From an uncultured Acidobacteriaceae bacterium (GTDB lineage: Bacteria; Acidobacteriota; Terriglobia; Terriglobales; Acidobacteriaceae), in the NCBI GenBank assembly GCA_964242195.1, contig CAXTBI010000007.1, positions 6-64,005 of the forward strand: DNA of 64,000 bases. Reading direction: 5' to 3'. Position 1 is the stretch's first letter; the number at the start of each line of letters is the position of its first letter. Below are positions 10,020 through 18,737 of the stretch, piece by piece. The notes under the pieces are model-generated. The model made no database searches and had not been told where the DNA came from. It saw nothing but the letters and a program-made list of their open reading frames with translations. The position numbers and the translations under genes were made by a program.

Positions 10020-10802
10020 ATGGAGACGGATCGGCCCATTATAGGAATTTGCTGCCCTACGTTGAAGGATCTCGCCTACAACCGCCAGTGTGTACCGCAG
10101 TACGCCGAGGCCGTTCGTTCCAGTGGTGGTGCACCTCGCCCCTTGGCGCTGGACCTGGATCGGCAATCCTTGCATAAGGAGCTTGCAGCCTGCGCAGGGT
10201 TCATTCTGCCAGGCAGCCCTGCCGACGTGGATCCCTTCACGTACGGAGAGGATCGCCACCCTGCAACGGCTGCTGCCGATCCGGCCCGCGAACAGTGCGA
10301 CCGCTTCATCCTGGAGCACGCGAAGACCGCAGGCAAACCGGTCCTGGGCGTTTGTTTCGGCTTGCAATCCATAAATACCTGGAACGGCGGCTCACTGGTG
10401 CAGGATCTCTTACCCATCCCGGTCAACCATGCTGCCGGTTCGAGTGTTGCCGTCGCACACACCGCGGGGATTGCAACTTCGAGCCTGCTGGGTAGCCTGC
10501 TTACCGACACTGAGGCGCCCGGCGATGGCCGTTTTCGCCGTCTAGCGGTAAACAGCAGTCATCATCAAGCTGTTTCACGACCGGGAGACGACCTTAAAGT
10601 GGTCGCACGCTGCCCAGAAGACGGCACCATAGAAGCCCTGGAGGGAAGGATCGGCGCGGCTTCGATGCTCGGTGTGCAGTGGCATCCTGAACGGAACCTG
10701 GAGCTTAGCCTCGCTTCACGCGGCCTCTTCGCCTGGTTAGTCCTGAGCGCGGCTGATGTTTTGGAGCGCACCGGAGGGTCTGCTCGTGGCAACGCTGTCT
10801 GA
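10020..10802 (+). CDS. Peptidase C26 / gamma-glutamyl-GABA hydrolase family (class I glutamine amidotransferase)
   Basis: PVLGVCFGLQ nucleophile Cys; VNSSHHQAV; GVQWHPE. Confidence 0.9.
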   Translation: METDRPIIGICCPTLKDLAYNRQCVPQYAEAVRSSGGAPRPLALDLDRQSLHKELAACAGFILPGSPADVDPFTYGEDRHPATAAADPAREQCDRFILEHAKTAGKPVLGVCFGLQSINTWNGGSLVQDLLPIPVNHAAGSSVAVAHTAGIATSSLLGSLLTDTEAPGDGRFRRLAVNSSHHQAVSRPGDDLKVVARCPEDGTIEALEGRIGAASMLGVQWHPERNLELSLASRGLFAWLVLSAADVLERTGGSARGNAV

Positions 10803-11427
10803 CACGGTGTTTGAGTCGTTACTTTCTCCCTATCTTCAAGCACCCCTCCCAGGAATCTCACGCGTGGTCACTGGAACAAGGGACGCACCGCTCGAAGCGC
10901 TGATACCGGTGCTGGGCGTCTACCTTGATCTGCTCCTTCGCTGGAATGAGCGTACAAATCTGACTGCTATTCGGAATCCTGAGCAGATAGTCCAGCGTCA
11001 CTTCGGGGAAAGTCTGTTTGCGGCCCGGGTGCTCGCTTGTAAGCTGGAAGATGGAGCGGCGGTACTGGATGTCGGCTCAGGGGCCGGATTCCCGGGCTTG
11101 CCGATCCAGCTTTTCCTGCCGCATGTGGCCGTGACCCTAGCCGAATCACAAGGGAAAAAATGCGCATTCCTTCGAGAGGCCGCGCGTGAGACGGGTGCCA
11201 CAGCGGAGATATGGCCGGCTAGGGCTCAGGAGTTGCCTGCGTCGCGACGTTTTCATGCAGTTACGATGCGCGCGGTCGATAAACCGAGCCAGGCCCTCGC
11301 GGAAGGACACAAGCGACTAGTTGCGGGGGGATATTTGCTTCAATTCGGCGGTGTTGACTGCGAAGAGGGTGAGACGATTGCGGTACCAGGGCTAGACTCG
11401 GGTGTCATCAGAATCGCTCGAAAGTGA
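10786..11427 (+). CDS. rsmG: 16S rRNA m7G527 methyltransferase
   Basis: WNERTNLTAI, RHFGESL, DVGSGAGFPG, ESQGKKCAFL; upstream of parA. GTG start inferred. Confidence 0.92.
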   Translation: MATLSDTVFESLLSPYLQAPLPGISRVVTGTRDAPLEALIPVLGVYLDLLLRWNERTNLTAIRNPEQIVQRHFGESLFAARVLACKLEDGAAVLDVGSGAGFPGLPIQLFLPHVAVTLAESQGKKCAFLREAARETGATAEIWPARAQELPASRRFHAVTMRAVDKPSQALAEGHKRLVAGGYLLQFGGVDCEEGETIAVPGLDSGVIRIARK

Positions 11428-11457
11428 ATACCTTGGGGCCTGCATCTAGCGATCGAT

Positions 11458-11473
11458 TGTTCCACGTGGAACA
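11458..11473. promoter_or_regulatory. parS centromere site (perfect palindrome)
   Basis: TGTTCCACGTGGAACA matches the widespread parS consensus and lies just upstream of parAB. Confidence 0.95.
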
Positions 11474-11488
11474 GTGTCAGTGCTCCAA

Positions 11489-11504
11489 CGTTGCACGTAG
11501 AACT
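11489..11504. promoter_or_regulatory. Degenerate second parS-like site
   Basis: CGTTGCACGTAGAACT, 12/16 identical to the adjacent perfect site. Confidence 0.4.
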
Positions 11505-11555
11505 TCGCATCTTCGTACTCTTTGTTCGGGGATCTGTTAGGCTTGCCCGGTACCC

Positions 11556-12401
11556 ATGCCGCTCCCCGCAACTCATACTCTCCGCCAAGTGAAATCAAGC
11601 AACCTCAGGGCCAAAGTTGTTGCGGTTGTCAACCAAAAAGGTGGGGTGGGGAAAACCACCACGGCAATCAACGTTGCTGCCGCCTTTGCTCTCGAAGGCG
11701 TCAAAACCTTGCTCGTAGACTGCGACCCACAGGCGAATGCAAGCAGTGGACTTGGCCTCAGCAAGGCTGACGACCGCATTTCCATCTATGACGTTCTTGT
11801 CGGCGACATCCCAGCTACAGACGCCATCTTGCCCACTCGCATTCCGCTTCTTTCACTCATCCCCGGAACTCGCAACCTGATTGGAGCGAACCTGGAGTTG
11901 GTGGAAATGCCGAACCGTGAGCAAAGACTGCGATCCGCGCTGCAACCCATACGGGAGAGTTTCGGGTTTATCGTTTTGGACTGCCCTCCCGCGCTCGATC
12001 TGCTCACATTGAACGCGCTAGTGGCGGCCGACCGCCTGCTTGTTCCCATGCAGGCCGAATACTTCGCCCTTGAAGGAATTTCGGAGCTGATTTCAACACT
12101 CGATCGCATTTCCGCCAGCTACAATCCCGGGCTCGGCCTCGAGGGCGTGCTACTCACAATGTTCGACGAGCGCACGAACCTTTCACAGCAGGTGCGGGCA
12201 AACCTCCGCGATTTCTTCGCCGAGAAGCTCTACACCACCACAATACCCCGTAATGTGCGGCTGGCAGAAGCGCCCAGTCACGGCGAGCCGGTTGTTACCT
12301 ACGATCCACGCTCCCGCGGCGCAGAGGCTTATCGCGAACTCACCAGAGAAATCTTATCGCATAACGGCTACGCGTTGGTCAAAGCTGTCAGCAAGCGCTG
12401 A
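11556..12401 (+). CDS. parA: Chromosome partitioning ATPase ParA/Soj
   Basis: [11 protein letters not shown] deviant Walker [28 protein letters not shown]. Start could be the GTG at 11589. Confidence 0.96.
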   Translation: MPLPATHTLRQVKSSNLRAKVVAVVNQKGGVGKTTTAINVAAAFALEGVKTLLVDCDPQANASSGLGLSKADDRISIYDVLVGDIPATDAILPTRIPLLSLIPGTRNLIGANLELVEMPNREQRLRSALQPIRESFGFIVLDCPPALDLLTLNALVAADRLLVPMQAEYFALEGISELISTLDRISASYNPGLGLEGVLLTMFDERTNLSQQVRANLRDFFAEKLYTTTIPRNVRLAEAPSHGEPVVTYDPRSRGAEAYRELTREILSHNGYALVKAVSKR

Positions 12402-12452
12402 CGCTTTGGTTGGATTTTTGCCAAACCTGCAAATCGGTACAGTAGGAGCACG

Positions 12453-13367
12453 ATGATGTACACCCCTTTGACCCCCGACATGAAACGCCGCGCCCTAGGC
12501 AAAGGGCTGGATTCTCTTCTTCCTCCCCGACTCGTCTCCGAACCCACACGTTCCGGCAGCGACGCCTCTGGACAGGGCGTTCCGTTAGAGATTCCCCTCG
12601 AGCTCATCGACCGCAACCCCTTTCAGACGCGGTCGAACTTCGACGAAGCGAAACTGACGGAACTTACGATCTCCATCGAAGCCAACGGCGTGGTGCAACC
12701 GATCGTTGTTCGGCGAGGAGAGAATGGCCGCTATACGTTGATTACGGGCGAGCGGCGGCTTATGGCCAGCAAGCAGGCGAAGAACACGACCATTCCTGCG
12801 GTTATTCGCGAGGCCTCCGATCAGCAAACGATGGAGATGACGGTAGTCGAGAACCTGCAACGCGCGGATCTGAATCCCATGGAGCAGGCCAGGGCTTTCG
12901 AGCGGCTGAGTAAAGAGTTTCATCTAACGCAGGAGCAGATGGCGCAACGCACAGGGAAAGATCGTGCCTCTGTATCTAACTTTCTACGGTTGCTACGCCT
13001 GCCGGACGATGTGCAACAGCGTGTCGAGACCGGTGAGCTGAGTTTCGGGCATGCACGCGCGTTGCTGGCTTTGCCAACGCCGGAGGCCATGGGCGCTGCT
13101 GCACAGAAGGTGCTCGCGCTCAACCTGAGTGTGCGCGCCACAGAAACTCTGGTTCAAGGTCTGCTCAATCCGGATCACCGCGGAGAGAGCAAGGCCAAGG
13201 TCCCGCCGCTCGATCCCAACGTTCGCCACGCGCAGGAACAGCTGCGCCAGTCGCTTGGCCTGAAGGTTACCATCGACGACAAGCAAGGACGCGGCCGGGT
13301 GATCATTGAATATAGTGGAGTGAGCGACTTCGATACGATCCTGCAGGCTTTGCGTAAGCGCGGTTAG
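12453..13367 (+). CDS. parB: Chromosome partitioning protein ParB/Spo0J
   Basis: ALGKGLDSLL; GVVQPIVV; GERR CTPase motif; ENLQRADLNPME; HTH. Confidence 0.96.
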   Translation: MMYTPLTPDMKRRALGKGLDSLLPPRLVSEPTRSGSDASGQGVPLEIPLELIDRNPFQTRSNFDEAKLTELTISIEANGVVQPIVVRRGENGRYTLITGERRLMASKQAKNTTIPAVIREASDQQTMEMTVVENLQRADLNPMEQARAFERLSKEFHLTQEQMAQRTGKDRASVSNFLRLLRLPDDVQQRVETGELSFGHARALLALPTPEAMGAAAQKVLALNLSVRATETLVQGLLNPDHRGESKAKVPPLDPNVRHAQEQLRQSLGLKVTIDDKQGRGRVIIEYSGVSDFDTILQALRKRG

Positions 13368-13424
13368 CCCATTTTATTACAGCGCCCCTGGTTACGTTCT
13401 TAGCGACGAACGAGAAAGCAACAA

Positions 13425-14165
13425 ATGCGTGCTACCGCCCTGGAATACCGGCTCCGCTTTCCGCTGCAGACTGTGGTCGTCATTTTGGGCTTTTGGCCGT
13501 TCTGGGAGCAGTGGCTTGGTGTCTCCACAAAATCCACATGGCTTACTCTCAGTGCTGCCCTGGCGCGGGCCGGATGGCTGGGTTTTCAGGCTGCCACGGT
13601 TGTGCTTCTCATGGCAGCGCTGCTTTTCACCGTACTCGGAGCATGGTTTCGCGTTTCGGGTTCGGCATACATCCGAGCGAGCTTTAGGGACCCGACCAGA
13701 ATGCCCGGCGACGCGCGGGTAGCCGGCCCATTTCGCTACACCCGCAACCCCCTGCCTCTGGGTACTTTGCTCCACGTATTCGGGATTGCTTTGCTGATGC
13801 CGCCGGTCGGAGCTCTCTTCGCCATAACGTTGACCTGGATACTCCAGGTGCGTCTGGCACTATCGGAGGAGCTGTTTTCCGAAAACTGCTGCGGACAGTC
13901 TTACCATGATTACATGGCGCGGGTTCCTCGTTTCCTGCCCGCGCCACGGCCCCGAATGCCCGCCTCCGGAATCGCGGGCCGATGGGGGCAGGCTTGCCTG
14001 AGCGAAATCTACTACCTGGGGGTGGTGATTACGCTGCTCTTTTTTGGTTGGCATTTCAATGCGACTCCGTTGTTTCAGGGCATCCTGATCTCATTTGGTG
14101 CCGGGATCGTGGTGCAGGCTTTGCTACCTGGAATCTTTCAGTCGACTCCACCCGTAAAGATCTAG
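13425..14165 (+). CDS. Isoprenylcysteine carboxyl methyltransferase/PEMT family membrane protein
   Basis: Multiple TM segments; GPFRYTRNP; EE..; Y.DY.ARVPRFLP. Confidence 0.75.
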   Translation: MRATALEYRLRFPLQTVVVILGFWPFWEQWLGVSTKSTWLTLSAALARAGWLGFQAATVVLLMAALLFTVLGAWFRVSGSAYIRASFRDPTRMPGDARVAGPFRYTRNPLPLGTLLHVFGIALLMPPVGALFAITLTWILQVRLALSEELFSENCCGQSYHDYMARVPRFLPAPRPRMPASGIAGRWGQACLSEIYYLGVVITLLFFGWHFNATPLFQGILISFGAGIVVQALLPGIFQSTPPVKI

Positions 14166-14218
14166 CCACTTCAGCGTGCAGAGACGCTTTGGCCGATTGC
14201 GGCAAGCTACTATGATTT

Positions 14219-15313
14219 GTGCTCGCTACCGTTCTCGCTCCCATTCCCCCAATGCTGGCAAAACGTGTTGACTCCCTACCTTCCACCGACGAATGGAGCT
14301 TTGAACCGAAGTGGGACGGCTTTCGCGTTATCGTGTTCCGTAATCGGGACGAAATCCTGTTGCAAAGCCGAGACTTGAAGTCGCTCAATCGGTATTTTCC
14401 GGAACTGATCGATGCCCTGAAGTGTCAATTGCCGCCACGGTGCGTACTGGATGGAGAGATCGTGATCGCGAGCAATGGAACGCTCGATTTCGATGCTCTT
14501 TCGCAGCGCATACACCCGGCCGCATCACGGGTCAGGCTTCTTGCACAACAGACCCCGGCAGCCATAGTGTTTTTCGACCTGCTTGCTGCCGGTGAAGGAG
14601 AGCATCCCGAGATGGACCTACGGCAGGCACCCTTTTCGGAACGGCGTGTCGCGTTGGAACGGCTGCTAGCCGACGCGAAGGCCCCGCTGCACCTCACGCC
14701 GGCAAGTCGGGACCGATCGACCGCCCAAGACTGGTTTGCGCGTTTTGAGGGTGCCGGCCTCGACGGTGTGATCGCAAAAAGGATCGACAGCGTTTACGAA
14801 CCGGACAAGCGCACCATGCTGAAGATCAAGCATGAGCGCGACTGCGACTGCGTAGTGGCCGGATTCCGCTGGCATAAGGAGGGCGAGGGCACACTTGTGG
14901 GTTCGTTGCTGCTCGGGCTGTACGACGATGAGGGAAAGCTGCAGCATGTGGGCACCTGCGCCAGCTTCTCGCAGGCGAAGCGCCGAGACCTGGTCGAGTT
15001 TCTTGCGCCCTACCGCGAGGGCGCGCAGGAACGTCATCCGTGGGCGAGTTGGAGCGAACCGTCAGCGAGTGCGCCTGGCCGGATGCCGGGTGCCCAGAGT
15101 CGATGGAGCGGAGGGAAAGATCTTAGGTGGCAACTGCTGCGCCCCGAATTGGTTGTAGAGGTGGCCTATGAACATATGCAGAGCAATCGTTTCCGGCACT
15201 TGGCCCAATTTCGCCGCTGGCGACCGGATAAATCGCCAAGTACGTGTACCTACGCCCAACTCGAAGTCGTTGCCCCCCAAGAGTTGCAGGCGATCTTTGC
15301 ACCGGCGCGCTAA
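14219..15313 (+). CDS. ligC: ATP-dependent DNA ligase, LigC type
   Basis: Adenylation motif EPKWDGFR; LDGEI; GLDGVIAK; CVVAGFRWHK; LRPELVVEVAY; RWRPDK. Confidence 0.9.
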   Translation: MLATVLAPIPPMLAKRVDSLPSTDEWSFEPKWDGFRVIVFRNRDEILLQSRDLKSLNRYFPELIDALKCQLPPRCVLDGEIVIASNGTLDFDALSQRIHPAASRVRLLAQQTPAAIVFFDLLAAGEGEHPEMDLRQAPFSERRVALERLLADAKAPLHLTPASRDRSTAQDWFARFEGAGLDGVIAKRIDSVYEPDKRTMLKIKHERDCDCVVAGFRWHKEGEGTLVGSLLLGLYDDEGKLQHVGTCASFSQAKRRDLVEFLAPYREGAQERHPWASWSEPSASAPGRMPGAQSRWSGGKDLRWQLLRPELVVEVAYEHMQSNRFRHLAQFRRWRPDKSPSTCTYAQLEVVAPQELQAIFAPAR

Positions 15314-15338
15314 GTCGAATCGCGGCTTGTCGAGCCGT

Positions 15339-16781
15339 CTACTTCCGAGTCCGTTTGCTCGCTGTCCGTGTTTGCCCGAGTGTGGGGTTGTCATCCGGAT
15401 CAGGTATGCCTTGAGTCGGGCGAAGCTCTTCGGGCACATGGCGCAGATTCAGCCGAATGCGATACCAGACATAGGCGCTGCCTCTCATCCGATCCACAAG
15501 AATGTCCTCAACAGCCAGGTACGGCGTGATCTCGGGGTGCGCGGATTTCCAGCGTTCCAGGCCCGCTTGCGCGGCGCTCTGCTCCGGCGATTGAGCTACC
15601 GTAATTAGCGGAAACTTCGCCACGCGGCGAGGGACCGCGTTGGCGGGCCGTTCTGAGGCGTTCTGGAAAGGCGTCGGCGTGGCATTTTCCTCGGAACTCA
15701 ACGCGACCGAGCGCTTACGGAAGCGTTTGGGTCCGAAACCCTCTTCAAGTTGGGCTTCAAAACTCTTCTCCGAAGATTTTGCACGCGACGATTGTACACG
15801 GGCCGGTTCTCCTTCCGCTTTGCGGAAGTGGGGTGGCCAGGGGGCATCCCCCATTCCTTCGGAGGCGTCGCGCTCGGCCAGTGCGAGCAACGAAGCCAGG
15901 GAGCCGGCGTGTTCGTTCATGGCAGCGTGCGGATCGCCGAGTGCGACGAAGCGATCTGGCATGGTGAGCACGGTAAAGTTTTCCGGTTCCGCAGCCGCTA
16001 CCTCATCCCAGGCGAGAGGAGCAGACACCCGAGCATCCGGCAGGGGGCGTATGGAGTAGGCAGAGGCGGTCGTGCGGTCTTTGGCGTTCTGGTTATAGTC
16101 CAGAAACACGCCATGACGCTCCTCTTTCCACCACTTTGACGTGGTGAGTTGCGGCACCCGCCGTTCAACAGCTCGCGAGAGCGCCAAAGCGGCACGCCGG
16201 ACCTCGATGAATCCCCAATGCGGCTCGATTCGCACGTTGATGTGCATTCCGCGTGAACCACTGGTTTTGGGCCAACCGACAAGACCATGCTCCGCCAGGA
16301 CCTCTCGCACTTCCAGAGCCGCACGGCGAACATCGTCCCAGGGTACCCCGGGGCCGGGATCGAGATCGACGCGCAGTTCATCCGGATGGTCCAGGTCGCC
16401 GGAACGTACCGGGTGCGGATGCAGTTCCATGCAGCCCAAATTAACGATCCAGACAAGGCCCGCAACCCCATCCACTACGATTTCCTCGGCCGTTCGTCCG
16501 GAAGGAAAGCTGAGCATTACGGTCCGCAGCCAACTCGGGTGGTCAGTCGGTGCCCGTTTTTGGTAGAAGGGCTCTTCGTGAGCACCATTCACAAAGCGCT
16601 TGAGTACGATCGGGCGATCGCGAATGCCGAACAGAGCGCCCGGCGCCACCGCGAGATAGTAGCGAACCAGATCGATTTTTCGAAGCTGCACCTGGCGGGA
16701 GAAATACAGCTTTTCAGGGTTGGAAACCCGTACCTCTTGTCCGTCGAGATGCAGGTATTCGGAATCGTCTTTCTTCGCCAT
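15339..16781 (-). CDS. Stand-alone LigD-type primase-polymerase (Prim-PolC-like) with a C-terminal extension
   Basis: FYQKRAP; HPDELRVDLDP; KTSGSRGMH; DYNQNAKDRT; YSIRP. Confidence 0.9.
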   Translation of the reverse strand: MAKKDDSEYLHLDGQEVRVSNPEKLYFSRQVQLRKIDLVRYYLAVAPGALFGIRDRPIVLKRFVNGAHEEPFYQKRAPTDHPSWLRTVMLSFPSGRTAEEIVVDGVAGLVWIVNLGCMELHPHPVRSGDLDHPDELRVDLDPGPGVPWDDVRRAALEVREVLAEHGLVGWPKTSGSRGMHINVRIEPHWGFIEVRRAALALSRAVERRVPQLTTSKWWKEERHGVFLDYNQNAKDRTTASAYSIRPLPDARVSAPLAWDEVAAAEPENFTVLTMPDRFVALGDPHAAMNEHAGSLASLLALAERDASEGMGDAPWPPHFRKAEGEPARVQSSRAKSSEKSFEAQLEEGFGPKRFRKRSVALSSEENATPTPFQNASERPANAVPRRVAKFPLITVAQSPEQSAAQAGLERWKSAHPEITPYLAVEDILVDRMRGSAYVWYRIRLNLRHVPEELRPTQGIPDPDDNPTLGQTRTASKRTRK

Positions 16782-16810
16782 CGTTCAATCGACCCAGCCT
16801 TCGCGCCAGC

Positions 16811-17368
16811 TTACACCCATTGCTTCCAATCATTGCCTTCGGCAAGAGCTTTCAAGGCAGTAAATCTTCGTTTCACCAGTCGCCGAACGTAGGGAACCAT
16901 GATCAAATGCGCGGCCAGGTCGCCGAGCGGCCCAAACGGAAGGGCGAAATGCACTTCGTCTTCGAGAATCGTCGCGATGTGGCCGCTCGAAGAAGTGAGC
17001 TGCCGCATCCAGTGGTCATGGTGGAAGCTGGCGAACCGGCCTTGCTCCTGTGTGTCCTGGAACCAGGCAACAGGTTGGCCCGGAGCTTCGGCGTGCAACT
17101 CCGGCCCGTGACCGGCAATGATTTGCGCGGGCCGCGGAGCCGCGTAACCCGTGATCAGGGTATGGTGCTCCGTCGGCAGGCCGAACTTCCAGCCTTTCCA
17201 CGCAACCCGGCTTCCCGGACCCACACGCCCACTCCGAACGCCGCCCACAATCTTCATCCCGAGCGTTTTTTGCACCAGTTCAACACGCGTTGAAAGTGCC
17301 CAGACACGTTCCAACGGAGCATGCACCACAGCCGTGTCATGGACGACTTCGACCCTGGGCTCGCTCAC
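16811..17368 (-). CDS. SRPBCC family protein
   Basis: VHAPLERVW; FQDTQEQGRFASFHHDH; EDEVHFALPFGPLG. The GTG start overlaps the TopIB stop (GTGA). Confidence 0.8.
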   Translation of the reverse strand: MSEPRVEVVHDTAVVHAPLERVWALSTRVELVQKTLGMKIVGGVRSGRVGPGSRVAWKGWKFGLPTEHHTLITGYAAPRPAQIIAGHGPELHAEAPGQPVAWFQDTQEQGRFASFHHDHWMRQLTSSSGHIATILEDEVHFALPFGPLGDLAAHLIMVPYVRRLVKRRFTALKALAEGNDWKQWV

Positions 17369-18597
17369 GCGGCACTCTCCACAAGCAGCCTTTGTTGGAG
17401 CAGCGTGACGAGCGCCGCTTCCTCTTTGTGGAGGGCGGAAGCATGCACGGCGATCTCGTGATCCAGTTTTTCTTTTACGTCTTCGATCTCTTGCTTGATT
17501 TCATCAATTTGTTCCTTCGCCTCGCGTGTCATGTGGCCGCTCAGGTAGGCTTCCAGCACCGCGGGGTGGACGTAGCATTTGCGGCAAACGGAAGGCGTGT
17601 TGCCCAGCTGTGCGGCAACCGCGGTAATTGCCTGGAGAACGTTCTTTTTTGCCTGCTTTTCCGTGGTGTATGGCTCGAACTGGCTCAGCAGCTGACTGGC
17701 CAGCACGGTGCCGGCCCACGTACGAAAGTCCTTCGCGGTGAAATGCTCGCCGGTGATCTCGCGAAGGTATTCGTTGACATCGTGCGAATCGATCGCGTGC
17801 CGGTGCCCATCATGGTCGAGGTATTGAAATAACTCGTAGCCAGGAACTTCCTCACACCGCTTGATGATCTTCGCTAAGCGCTTGTCGGCCAGATTGATCG
17901 TGTGATGTACGCCGCTCTTTCCTTTGAAGTCGAACGTGATTTTGTTCCCGTGCACCTCAACGTGTCGATGACGCATGGTAGTCAGACCATAGCTGTGATT
18001 TTGCTTGGCGTACTCCTCGTTGCCCACGCGAATGTGCGTGGCTTCCATAACGCTGATGACGGTGGCGAGCACTTTTTCGCGCGACAACCCCGGCAGCTTC
18101 AAATCGTGCTCCACCCGATGCCGAATTTTCGGCAGCGCCTGGGCGAAGTGCGCCATGCGTTCATATTTGTTGGCATCGCGCACCTCGCGCCAATGCGGGT
18201 GATAGCGGCTCTGCTTGCGTCCACGTGCATCGCGGCCGGTCGCCTGCAAATGGCCATTGGGATGCGACGTGATCCAGACGTCGATCCACGCAGGTGGGAT
18301 GACCAGCGATTTTATGCGTTTCAACGTGTCGTCATCCGTAACGGGCGTACCGTGTGGATCCACATAGTGGAAGGCGTCGTTCTGCTTTACGCGCCGGATC
18401 CCGGGAGAGTGGTCGCTCGTGTACCGTAAACCGGCGGCTTTGGCGAAGGCTTTCGGATCGATGGCAGGGTCATGCTCGAGCGATACGATGGTTTCCTGCA
18501 CGGCGGGATTCTTCAATGCCGGAAGCTTATCTCCAGTTCCCTGTCTTGGCCGCCCTGTTCTTCTCGCGTTCCCTGATTTGGTTGCGCTGGCTTGCAT
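17365..18597 (-). CDS. Bacterial DNA topoisomerase IB
   Basis: IPPAWIDVWI; GRDARGRKQ; catalytic set IRVG, FKGKSG, KDFRTW, LGNT and CRKCY. Start inferred at ATG 18597. Confidence 0.93.
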   Translation of the reverse strand: MQASATKSGNARRTGRPRQGTGDKLPALKNPAVQETIVSLEHDPAIDPKAFAKAAGLRYTSDHSPGIRRVKQNDAFHYVDPHGTPVTDDDTLKRIKSLVIPPAWIDVWITSHPNGHLQATGRDARGRKQSRYHPHWREVRDANKYERMAHFAQALPKIRHRVEHDLKLPGLSREKVLATVISVMEATHIRVGNEEYAKQNHSYGLTTMRHRHVEVHGNKITFDFKGKSGVHHTINLADKRLAKIIKRCEEVPGYELFQYLDHDGHRHAIDSHDVNEYLREITGEHFTAKDFRTWAGTVLASQLLSQFEPYTTEKQAKKNVLQAITAVAAQLGNTPSVCRKCYVHPAVLEAYLSGHMTREAKEQIDEIKQEIEDVKEKLDHEIAVHASALHKEEAALVTLLQQRLLVESAA

Positions 18598-18737
18598 GTT
18601 TACTGGGATGCCTCGTAACGGGCTGGTGTCGACGCTCACGCGTCCTCCCATACACAACTTTGGCGAGATCGTTGCACCGGTCAATGTGGGCTTTGTCACT
18701 TTAGACTGAAGGCATCCAACCCGGTGAGGACCCTTTC

